Below, in pieces: positions 22,401 through 34,324 of a DNA stretch of 64,000 nt. The notes beneath the pieces are model-generated. The model had not been told where the DNA came from, did not search any database, and saw only the letters and a program-made list of their open reading frames with translations. Source of the stretch: Octopus sinensis (lineage: Eukaryota); assembly GCF_006345805.1 (NCBI RefSeq), contig NC_042999.1:69192001-69256000 (forward strand). The letters are read 5' to 3'. The number at the start of each line of letters is the position of its first letter. Position 1 is the stretch's first letter. The translations under genes and the position numbers were made by a program.

Positions 22401-24688
22401 GAAAAGTGTGGTCGGTTCGAACCTACCGTTAGGACGTTTTTTTCCCGCTATTTCTTCAGTGAGGTGGGTTGTATAATGGGCTTCGAGTCATCAGCATTGA
22501 GCAAGTTTTATTCTGCTATACGTTCGCAGTGAGGAGAGAATTGTCAGCAGAGATTTTTGTTGTCATGCTTTGTGTTTTTCCCACATACATCTTTGTTCAA
22601 GCTGCGTGAGGAACCCGTGTATTTTCATAAATATAATACTTTATGTGAACCAGTTTGCTGTATCTTCTATTAGCGGAGAAATAAATGTGGTTGTCAGCTT
22701 TGACTTGTATCTTCGTATTTTTTTACTCTCTTTATCATCACTTGTTTGAAACCATATTATGATATTACCAGGGCCTTAGCCACAGTCACCCCTTTTTCAT
22801 TTTGCTCCTTGTCTAGACACCGAGTGATATTTGTAAACGAATGTCACCATCGTTCTTTTTGTGTGATTTTTTTCCTGTGAAAAATGTCTGACCATGGGTA
22901 AATATTACATTGCTTGCAAACAGATGAGAGTTGGCGACAGGAAGGGTATCCAGCTGTAGCGAATCAGGCTCAATAAACTCTGTTCGACTCATGCAAGCAT
23001 GGAAAAGTGGACGTTAAAATGAATAACGATAACGATGGTGATGATTCGTATTCATAACAGCCTTTAAAATGTATATTTTTAATGATATTTTACAGAGTTA
23101 CATTTTCAATGATGTACATAACAATTATGTCGATAAAATAAAAAATATATATACAAAATGTCTTCGGTGGTGTTTCCAGTCACTTGTCGAATTTTATTTT
23201 CATTTTTTTCTGTAACTCTTTAAAATGTAAATTTTCAATGGATATTTACGGAGATATGATTTAGGGAGTTATACGGAACCCTACCGAAAAAGTATTTTTT
23301 TTAAATATTGCTTAATAAGCAATATTGTAGCATATCTGCTTTACTAGTGTCTTAGCCACATATTTCAGGCCATCATTTCATTACTAACATAGTGTGAATA
23401 CACACTTGCACACACACACACGCTCACATACGCACACACACACACACACATCGCACGCACGCACACACCATGCCCCCCCTCCCCGTCTACTGAAATACCT
23501 GCTCCAGCTTTCAAATGATATCTTTTTTTCAATTGAACTTGAAATATTTAAATGCATCTTCCCTTGCTAACGGAAACATTCGACATTCGAAAGACGGCCA
23601 TTTGGACCATATGAATTCGTTAGAATGCTTTTTGGGTCCCGGACTTCTGCAAATTCTGTCCAAAGATTTATTCATGAAGTGACTTCTTATCCGAAGTTTG
23701 TGTTTGCTTATATCGTTGATTTATCGACAGTTAATGCAGTTTCTACTTAGATATGGAAATTAGGTCATTTTTTTTTTTTTTTTTTTTTGGCTAAGTGAAT
23801 TTCAACGGTCGTTTTATTTCATCCACACTCTGCTCAAATGACTTCTATTTGTTACGTGAGCGGGAAAGAGAACATGAGAACAAGATTGAAGAGAAATTAT
23901 TCAAGGCCATTTTTAAAATTAAATTACCGATACCAAATATGTCCCCTTTCTCGGCTGATGGATGCTTCTGGCGTAGCTTTTGGACGATATATTCAAGGTC
24001 TCTGTCAACCTTTATTCATTCACCCACCACTACCACCACCACAAAGCATTAGCTGGGATTAAATGACCCATTAACTTTTGTTCTTCATTCTAAACTGGAT
24101 AAACATTCTCCAGCAGGAAAAAAAATGGTATAAAACATCCTGACAATGGCAGGTGTCTTGAAGCAGCACTAAAGAGAGATACAAGCTGGATAAAAGTTCC
24201 AGTGAGCGGCCCTATCATTTCATCCCATTGACGGATACAACAAGTTTGGAAGTTATTGGTAAATACCCGGTTTCATTTTAGTGCTGAGTTTTAATCAGTT
24301 ATTGTTAAACATTTTAACTTCATTGTGTCGATTTATCAGAATTCCTTTTCTTCTCTCCATTTTCTGGATGCTTGAAACAGAACATTATCGAATATTGTTA
24401 AATTTTTGCTAATTTGTCAAATGGACAATTGTAAAATGTCTTGGCTCCTTTACAAAAATTGGAATTCTTTCGTTTTATGGTGGCAAAATGACAGTTAAAT
24501 TATCGACATTGTTCAGTACACTCACATTTTTCAACCAAAATATTTCTTCAAATTCCTGCTTTCAACAGCAGATATGACCATTTCCAAATTTGGTTAATGT
24601 TTTCATCATGACCCCAAAATGAAAATCAAAGAAAAAAAAATATTGGAATGGATGTAAAACAATGTGTAGGAAACGAATATGAAGAAAA

Positions 24689-27600
24689 ATATGGGGATTT
24701 TTTTCAATGAAATTTTATATAAATACCTTTCAAACGGCATACATTACGATTATAAAGAAATTTGTGTGGAAAATATTTTCCAAAAGGGTAGGGGAAGGAC
24801 TTCGGAAAATTCACAAGATCCAAGCTTTTCCCTCGTAACCTTTTGGAATATGGTTTTATTTTTCAATGAAACTTTATATAAATACCTTTCAAACGGCATA
24901 CATTACGATTATAAAGAAATTTGTGTGGAAAATCTTTTCCAAAAGGGTATAGGAAAGACTTCGGAAAATTCACAAGATCCGAGCTTTTCTCTCGTAACTT
25001 TTAGCAATATGGTTTTATTTTTCAACGAAACTTTATATAAATACATTTCAAACGGCATACATTACGATTATAAAGAAATTTGTGTGGAAACTCTTTTCCA
25101 AAAGGGTAGGGGAAGAACTTCGGAAAATTCACAAGATCCGAGCTTTTCTCTCGTAACTTTTAGGAATATGCTTTTATTTTTCAACGAAACTTTATATAAA
25201 TACCTTTCAAACGGCATACATTACGATTATAAAGAAATTGTGTGGAAACTCTTTTCCAAAAGGGTAGGGGAAGGACTTCGGAAAATTCACAAGATCCGAG
25301 CTTTTCTCTCGTAACTTTTAGAATATGCTTTTATTTTTCAACGAAACTTTATATAAATACCTTTCAAACGGCATACATTACGATTATAAAGAAATTTGTG
25401 TGGAAAATCTTTTCCAAAAGGGTATAGGAAAGACTTCGGAAAATTCACAAGATCCGAGCTTTTCTCTCGTAACTTTTAGGAATATGCTTTTATTTTTCAA
25501 CGAAACTTTATATAAATACCTTTCAAACGGCATACATTACGATTATAAAGAAATTTGTGTGGAAAATCTTTTCCAAAAGGGTATAGGAAAGACTTCGGAA
25601 AATTCACAAGATCCGAGCTTTTCTCTCGTAACTTTTAGGAATATGCTTTTATTTTTCAACGAACCTTTATATAAATACCTTTCGAACGGCATACATTACG
25701 ATTATAAAGAAATTTGTGTGGAAACTCTTTTCCAAAAGGGTAGGGGAAGGACTTCGGAAAATTCACAAGATCCGAGCTTTTCTCTCGTAACTTTTAGGAA
25801 TATGCTTTTATTTTTCAACGAAACTCTATATAAATACCTTTCAAACGGCATACATTACGATTATAAAGAAATTTGTGTGGAAACTCTTTTCCAAAAGGTA
25901 TAGGAAGACTTCGGAAAATTCACAAGATCCGAGCTTTTCTCTCGTAACTTTTAGCAATATGGTTTTATTTTTCAACGAAACTTTATATAAATACCTTTCA
26001 AACGGTATACATTACGATTATAAAGAAATTTGTGTGGAAAATCTTTTCCAAAAGGGTATAGGAAAGACTTCGGAAAATTCACAAGATCCGAGCTTTTCTC
26101 TCGTAACTTTTAGGAATATGCTTTTATTTTTCAACGAAACTCTATATAAATACCTTTCAAACGGCATACATTACGATTATAAAGAAATTTGTGTGGAAAA
26201 TCTTTTCCAAAAGGGTATAGGAAAGACTTCGGAAAATTCACAAGATCCGAGCTTTTCTCTCGTAACTTTTAGCAATATGGTTTTATTTTTCAACGAATCT
26301 TTATATAAATACCTTTCAAACGGCATACATTACGATTATAAAGAAATTTGTGTGGAAACTCTTTTCCAAAAGGGTAGGGGAAGGACTTCGGAAAATTCAC
26401 AAGATCCGAGCTTTTCTCTCGTAACTTTTAGGAATATGCTTTTATTTTTCAACGAAACTTTATATAAATACCTTTCAAACGGCATACATTACGATTATAA
26501 AGAAATTTGTGTGGAAACTCTTTTCCAAAAGGGTAGGGGAAGGACTTCGGAAAATTCACAAGATCCGAGCTTTTCTCTCGTAACTTTTAGGAATATGCTT
26601 TTATTTTTCAACGAAACTTTATATAAATACCTTTCAAACGGCATACATTACGATTATAAAGAAATTTGTGTGGAAAATCTTTTCCAAAAGGGTATAGGAA
26701 AGACTTCGGAAAATTCACAAGATCCGAGCTTTTCTCTCGTAACTTTTAGCAATATGGTTTTATTTTTCAACGAAACTTTATATAAATACCTTTCAAACGG
26801 CATACATTACGATTATAAAGAAATTTGTGTGGAAAATCTTTTCCAAAAGGGTATAGGAAAGACTTCGGAAAATTCACAAGATCCGAGCTTTTCTCTCGTA
26901 ACTTTTAGGAATATGCTTTTATTTTTCAACGAACCTTTATATAAATACCTTTCAAACGGCATACATTACGATTATAAAGAAATTTGTGTGGAAACTCTTT
27001 TCCAAAAGGGTAGGGGAAGGACTTCGGAAAATTCACAAGATCCGAGCTTTTCTCTCGTAACTTTTAGGAATATGCTTTTATTTTTCAACGAAACTTTATA
27101 TAAATACCTTTCAAACGGCATACATTACGATTATAAAGAAATTTGTGTGGAAACTCTTTTCCAAAAGGGTAGGGGAAGGACTTCGGAAAATTCACAAGAT
27201 CCGAGCTTTTCTCTCGTAACTTTTAGGAATATGCTTTTATTTTTCAACGAAACTTTATATAAATACATTTTAAACGGCATACATTACGATTATAAAGAAA
27301 TTTGTGTGGAAAATCTTTTCCAAAAGGGTAAAGGAAAGACTTCGGAAAATTCACAAGATCCGAGCTTTTCTCTCGTAACTTTTAGGAATATGCTTTTATT
27401 TTTCAACGAAACTCTATATAAATACCTTTCAAACGGCATACATTACGATTATAAAGAAATTTGTGTGGAAAATCTTTTCCAAAAGGGTATAGGAAAGACT
27501 TCGGAAAATTCACAAGATCCGAGCTTTTCTCTCGTAACTTTTAGCAATATGGTTTTATTTTTCAACGAAACTTTATATAAATACCTTTCAAACGGTATAC

Positions 27601-28472
27601 ATTACGATTATAAAGAAATTTGTGTGGAAAATCTTTTCCAAAAGGGTAAAGGAAAGACTTCGGAAAATTCACAAGATCCGAGCTTTTCTCTCGTAACTTT
27701 TAGGAATATGCTTTTATTTTTCAACGAAACTCTATATAAATACCTTTCAAACGGCATACATTACGATTATAAAGAAATTTGTGTGGAAAATCTTTTCCAA
27801 AAGGGTATAGGAAAGACTTCGGAAAATTCACAAGATCCGAGGTTTTCTCTCGTAACTTTTAGCAATATGGTTTTATTTTTCAACGAAACTTTATATAAAT
27901 ACCTTTCAAACGGCATACATTACGATTATAAAGAAATTTGTGTGGAAACTCTTTTCCAAAAGAGATGGGGAAGGACTTCGGAAAATTCACAAGATCCGAG
28001 CTTTTCTCTCGTAACTTTTAGGAATATGCTTTTATTTTTCAACGAAACTCTATAAAAATACCTTTCAAACGGCATACATTACGATTATAAAGAAATTTGT
28101 GTGGAAACTCTTTTCCAAAAGGGTAGGCGAAGGACTTCGGAAAATTCACAAGATCCGAGCTTTTCTCTCGTAACTTTTAGGAATATGCTTTTATTTTTCA
28201 ACGAAACTCTATATAAATACCTTTCAAACGGCATACATTACGATTATAAAGAAATTTGTGTGGAAACTCTTTTCCAAAAGGGTAGGGGAAGGACTTCGGA
28301 AAATTCACAAGATCCGAGCTTTTCTCTCGTAACTTTTAGGAATATGGGTGAGGGTGGAGATTTCAATGAAATTTTATAGAAATACCTTTCAAATGGCATA
28401 CATTACGATTATAAAGAAATTTGTGGGGAAAATAGTTTCCAAGAGGGTGGAAAATTCACATGATCCGAATTT
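24689..28472. repeat. 159-bp tandem satellite, ~24 copies (23 full + 1 partial)
   Basis: Unit atgcttttatttttcaacgaaactttatataaatacc...gagcttttctctcgtaacttttaggaat; the 53-aa periodicity of the ORF track gives 159 nt. Confidence 0.98.
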
Positions 28473-29735
28473 TGCGGGTCAAGATGTAGGGGTTAATGTT
28501 TAGATTAGAAAAGGTTATTTATTTACCGTCACATTGTATATACCCAAAACCACGATGGGCTGAAATGTGTAACTAGTAAATGGAAAAGCATGCAAGGTAA
28601 AAAGAAAAGTTAATTTCGGCCTGTATGTGTGTACACATTCTCATAGTTGCAACCCACGGGTAGATGTTGTAAGAGAAAAGAAATTGAGCTAGTAAAAGTT
28701 ATAGAGTCAAGTGATGTTGTGTCTCATAACCTTCTTTCTCACTCTGTCCCTAATGGTCGCTGTCAATGAGTTTTCACCAACTCGCTTCTCCAACAATAGA
28801 ATTCGTTGGAGGTCTGTGATATTGGCGAAATAGAAGAGGTTAGAAGGGTCAAGTGGTGAAGACACTATTTTACTTAGCTTAAGGCATCTGGCAAATTTAA
28901 CTGCTCTCACAGAAAAACTATTGTTTTACCGTGAAAAAAGTGGTGTTGAACTGTTAATTGAAATTTGGCTATCTTTTTTAAAAAATGCATTTTTGAAGGT
29001 GAGGTGCGAAACTGCATCAGCCCCCTTTCTTTACACATATTTTAAGACGACATTTTGCAGAAATACATTTTATAGTGTGGATTACATTAGATTGAAAATC
29101 AAAGAACTTTGAAAACAATAATAAACAAAGTGGTAACGATGTATGGACAAAAAAAAAACATGCTAGTGTTTGTGTGAAACCAGTCAAAGTGTATTAAAAC
29201 AATATCTTTTTCATACCTACTAAAATGATTGGATATATAGATCCCAGGATAAGCTGCAAAACAGTTTTGTCCTTTAGTAATTTTTCGCACCGAAATTTTA
29301 GCGGGTAACAAGTACTCTTCGATTTTTTGTGGAGTGTGGGGGGGGGGGAGAGATTGAGTGAGTAAAAGTGTGTTTTGTCATTTATGTATTTTTTTTTTTT
29401 TGGCCTGTACAATATATATCCTATTTATGCACATTTTCAAATAATTTCAGGGAAGTGGTGTTCCAATTTCCTACCCAATCCTTTTTTATGAAGAAAAATA
29501 AGGGATTTGCAAAAGATTAGGAGGCCAGGGTAGGTGATTTACACGCGAGAAATCTAAGGTTTTTTTTTTATGAACTGTGTGGAGGTGCACTTGTAAAAAT
29601 GTATCCAAATTGTTTCATAAATATGTGTTGAATATCGTTTCATGATAGACAAATTTAAGGGTGATTGAACATCAAAAACCAATGCCTCTAAGTCCTCAGG
29701 AACACGGGTACAGTTTTCCAGCTTTTAAAAGAAAC

Positions 29736-30436
29736 TTATGGAGTCGGTGAGATGGCCCATATAAAAAGTAACCTAGCGATATACTGTCTGAGATAATTCG
29801 GTCTCATTCTGGGACGAACAATGCACTTTTTCGGGCTTCCCCATAAACACTCAATATTCTGAGTGTGAATAGCTGGGTTATGGGGATCCACAAAGTGTTC
29901 AGCGTGATTAACCTGATAGTGTGTATAGCCCATGCTGCTCAAGTTACTATACGCATGCCAACAATCACTATAGATTATTGATCCCAGCCTGATGTAGCGT
30001 CTAATGATAGGAATGAGGGTTTCCGCATCCCTTCTGTTGCCCTCGCCACATTCGGTCAAAAGTGGGACCATAAATGATCTCGTCGTCAAGCGTTCCAGTC
30101 CACCAAAAAGCCAAACCATTTTGATTATTCTGCTGCGTTGATATTTCCGATGAACCAGAACCGTTTCATCAATCTCAATTTCAACCCCATCTCCTCCAAT
30201 CATGTTTTGGTTGTTTCCTGCCCAAAACTGACAGATCTCAGCACAGAAAGACCGCCAATCTACAGATGTTTTACGGGAGAATCTGAGATTTTCCTTGATT
30301 AATCTGTGCGACCAAGCTGTGCTGAGGAAGTGATTTACGAAAAGCAATATTTTCCAAGACGGAACATGAGTGTTTTCCAGAAAGGAGTTCTTCAATAAAG
30401 ATTCAGAATGTCCACACTCCCTTCTGAATTGGCAAC
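29736..30436 (-). mobile_element. Merlin (IS1016/IS1595-ISXO2-like) DDE transposase, 5'-truncated
   Basis: IGGDGVEIEIDET..RKYQR..WLFGGLER..RRDAETLIPII..GSIIYSDCWHAY..GYTHYQVNH..FVDP..IHTQNIECLW; frame open for >220 codons. Confidence 0.92.
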
Positions 30437-30712
30437 GTTGTGACACCTTGGGCAAGTGTCTACTACTATAGCCTCAGGCCGACCAAAGCCTTGTGAATGA
30501 ATTTGGTTGACAGAAACTGAAAGAAGCCCATCGTATATATGTATATATATATACATATATACAATGCTGGTGTGTTTACGTCCCCGTATCTTAGCAGTTC
30601 GGCAAAAGAGTTCGATAGAATAAGTACTAGGCTTACAAAGAATAAGTCCTAGGGTTGATTTGCTCGACCAAAGGCAGTGCTCCAGCATGGCCACAGTCAA
30701 ATGACTGAAACA
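30437..30712 (+). mobile_element. Headless SINE family X fused to the Merlin fragment
   Basis: gtgacaccttgggcaagtgtc..gaccaaagccttgtg..cagcatggccacagtcaaatgactgaaac; tRNA head absent. Confidence 0.85.
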
Positions 30713-31218
30713 CAGGTAATGTATATCAACAGAAATTTAGTAACAAAAGAGTTAAATATTCTATTTATTAAAACCACATCTCTACACATCTAATGTCCTC
30801 ATAGTACCCACTTGTTATTAGCCATCCCCCTGTGAGCTCACAAGCTCCCTGTAGCAGGGGTTCAAATCCTATCTCCTAGATGCTCAGTTAGGTCCCATGA
30901 TTGAGTCACCACAGTTTCACATGATCAGTCTATAAATTGATCAATCCGCATGAAAGTGTGACATGATACAGCTTTCTGGATTTTTCTAAAATTTATCCTC
31001 TTGCCCCGTATTGAAACAGTTTGGTACTTTGGCTCATTGTAGAGTGTCAAGGATGGCCAACGGATTCACATGCCTCACCTCTACCATGCAGATGATTCAC
31101 AACCCAGACAGACAACCAGCTGCTGATGCCATGGACTAACTTGGACTTTTGCACAGACAACACGTTCCTTGGACAGACAGATTCTGAACATTCACAAAAT
31201 GTCCCTTCTATGGACATA

Positions 31219-31505
31219 GCACTCTTAACCACTATGCCATATGTCCGTGGTGTGTAGTGGTTAAGAATGCGGGCTACTAACCCCAAGATTCCAAGTTCAA
31301 TTCCAAGCAGGGACCTGAATAATAATAATAATAACAACACTGAAAAATACCTTAGGAATGAGAACCTAGGTTCGAAAATTCCTCAGGACATCTGATGAAG
31401 GCTGGAGAGTATATCAGCCGAAATGTGTTAACAAACAAGGTGAGGACAAATATCCGTCAAATGTACATATGTACATAATTCCTCATCTTTTAAACATAGA
31501 ACTGT
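31219..31505 (+). mobile_element. tRNA-head + (AAT)n + hammerhead element, copy 2
   Basis: Same module order as 20827-21553; CTGATGA 31392-98, stem II ggctg/cagcc, GAAA 31420-23; stem III shortened by deletion. Confidence 0.8.
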
Positions 31506-32117
31506 AAGAAAATTATTATCAATATTTGTTTTTTTACTTCTCTTGTCTTAGAGCCACAAGTGACTGTATATGTCTAGAATATTCTTCAAGAATCCAAACT
31601 GAAAACAAACAAAAAATAAAGCAAAAAAATCCCAAAAGACATGATTAATTTCAATTTGAATCATTGCAGTTTTATGTGAAACTAAACAAAATAATATACA
31701 ACAGTTTGTAAAAATTTAGCATTGTTGTTAATTTACAGCTGCTTTGAAACTTTAGACTTTAGGCAGCCATATTGCATTATGTCTTTGGTCACGAAATTAA
31801 AAAATTTTTTTTGAGAAGGGAAGAAAAAAAAGAAAGCGATATTAATAGTGGTGAGCGCTTACTTTACAAGGGAATGAAATTTCAGAAGCAGAGAGATATT
31901 GGTATTGTATTTTTCATGAAAGAAATGTGGAGATAAACTTCATTTCTCAATTATTTCAAAATTACTTTTATTACCTCATTCATCAGCTGCCATAGAAAGG
32001 TTCTTCTTCGGTAAGAAATATGAAAGTGTAAAAAAATTTTAAATGGTTTCTTAACTATGGAAACTTTAAATGTCTTAGATGAAGAAAAAAATCGTTTTTA
32101 AAATGTTATGATATATA

Positions 32118-33379
32118 TTGGGTTGGCAGGAAGTAATTTCAGTTTTTTAGTGTGAAATAAAAATCATTTTTTTTTCACACAAACAATGAACTTTAATCAA
32201 TTATATATTTTCCATTTTGTTTGATGACATTTTGCCATCTTTCTGACAACTTCATGATTCTGCACTTATAGAACTTCTGGTCCTTATCAGCCAAAAGGTA
32301 AAGCAAGTGCGATTTCAGGTCATCATCATTATTGAAAGTTTCACCATTCAAAGAGTTTTGCAAACTTCAAAATAAATGGTTAATCTGATGGTGCAAGGTC
32401 AGTGCTCCATAGTGGATGTGACATCACATCCCAACTAAGCTCTAATGATTTTTCCCGAGTTAGCAAAGACATGTGTGGTCTAGTGTTGTCATGGTAGAAC
32501 ATGATTCCTTTACGATTTGCCAATTCTGGCTGTTTTTCTTTGATTGCTTCCTCCAGTTTCATTAGTTGTTGACAGTAAACATCTGAATTGATCATTTAGT
32601 TCCATGGAAGCAGCTAATATACACAACACCTTTGTAATCCCACCAAATTGACAGCCTGACCTTTTTTTTATGCAATTCAGCTTTCAATGTGGTTTGTGTT
32701 GGTTCATTACTCTTGAACCGTGATCATTTTTGATTGATGTTACTGTAGACAATCAATTTTTCATCAACAGTGATGATTCATTTAAAAAAAGGTCGATTTC
32801 ATTGCGTTTGAGATGCATGTTGCAAATATTGATTCATTGTGTTAAGTGAATCTCTTTCAACTTATGTGGAACCCAAATATTGAGCTTCTTAACAAGTCCA
32901 AGACATTTTAAGTGATTTTCAATTGTTGTGTGTGATACATTTAACCTTTCTGCAATTTCTTGTACAGTTATATGACAATCAGATTCAATTATGACTTTGA
33001 TTTGGTCATCATCAACTACAGTAGGTAGACCACAACATTGGTCATCTTTGAGTAAAAATTCTCCAGAACGGAATTTATTTAACCATTTCTGACATGTGCA
33101 TTCTGTTAAGCAATCAACACCAATAACTTCACATATCTCTTTGTGAGCCTCAGCAAATTTCTTGCCTTTAATATAGCGAAAATGTTCATTTTTTTCACTT
33201 CATGTTAAAATTGACACTGAACTAACTGCTGTAAACAAAATTACATGCAATTTACTTCTAGAGTAAGCCAAAAGTAATGGCTATCAAATGTGAAAAGGGA
33301 AAAATCATAACATTGACAAAAATCATTCAAAACAATTGTAACTATTTGTGGAAAAGGAATTAGTTTCTTGCCAACCCAA
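32118..33379 (-). mobile_element. Full-length but dead mariner (DD34D) element
   Basis: TIRs ttgggttggcaggaagtaatt / aattagtttcttgccaacccaa; TA at left, TG at right; INSDVYCQQL..HDNTRPH..DLAPSD with 34-residue D-D spacing; stops and frameshifts. Confidence 0.9.
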
Positions 33380-33570
33380 TGGAATTGTAACCATTTGAAG
33401 AATTGCACAAAAAACAGGGAGAAAAAAACTCGAAGGAAACTAAACTGTTTCCCAATGAACAACAAAAATATCACTTAGTCTTTTTTTTTTGCCAAAGCCT
33501 TATATTGGATTTAGCCAGAGGAAACTAGACAGAAGTTCATTATCATAACTATAATAATAACTAAAATTAA

Positions 33571-34018
33571 GGCAGTGAGCTGGCAGAATCGTTAGCATGC
33601 TGAGAGAAATGCTTAGCGGTATTCAATCCATCTTTATGTTCTGAGTTCAAATTCCGTCAATGTCGACTTTGCCTTTTGTCCTTTCGGCATTGATAAATTA
33701 AGTACCTGTTGTGTACTGGGGTCAATCTAATTGTCTGGCCCATCCCTCCCCCAAAATTTTGGGCCTTGTGCCTAGAGTAGAAAAGAATATTATGCCAATT
33801 ATAGGCTGCGAGCTGGCAGAAACATTAGCACACCAAGTGAAATGATTAGCGGTATTTTGTCTGTCTTTATATTCTGAGTTCAAATTCCTTTCAGGTCGAC
33901 TTTGCCTTTCATCCTTTTGTCGTCAATAAATTAAGTACCAGTTGTGTACTGGGGTCAATCTAATCGACTGGCTCCATACCCCAAAATTTTGGGCCTTGTG
34001 CCTAGAGTAGAAAAGAAT
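33571..34018 (+). mobile_element. Two head-to-tail SINE family Y copies
   Basis: ggcagtgagctggcagaatcgttagc and ggctgcgagctggcagaaacattagc, each ending gggccttgtgcctagagtagaaaagaata. Confidence 0.88.
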
Positions 34019-34324
34019 AACTATAATTATTTATCATAACTGTAATAATACTTTTATCGTAAATTTTAATTTTTTTGAGAAAAATGAATAAGTATTCTTT
34101 TATTCTTTTATTTGTTTCAGTCATTTGACTGTGGCCATGCTGGAGTAATGCCTTTAGTCAAACAAATCGACCCCAGGACATATTCTTTGTAAACCTAATA
34201 CTTATTCTGTCGGTCTATTTTGCCAAACTGCCAAGTTATGGGGGCATAAACACACCAACATCGGTTGTCAAGTGATGGTGGGGGAGGACAAATAGAGACA
34301 CACAAACACATCATCATCATCATC

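Noticed and set aside
24689-28472. CRISPR array
   Set aside because: Units are contiguous 159-bp near-identical monomers with no unique spacers; eukaryotic context; no cas genes
29736-30455. Bacterial IS1595 contamination
   Set aside because: Contiguous with host SINEs and satellite; motifs fit eukaryotic Merlin
32380-32595. Domesticated SETMAR-like gene
   Set aside because: Lies within a TIR-bounded mariner with stops and frameshifts; no SET domain
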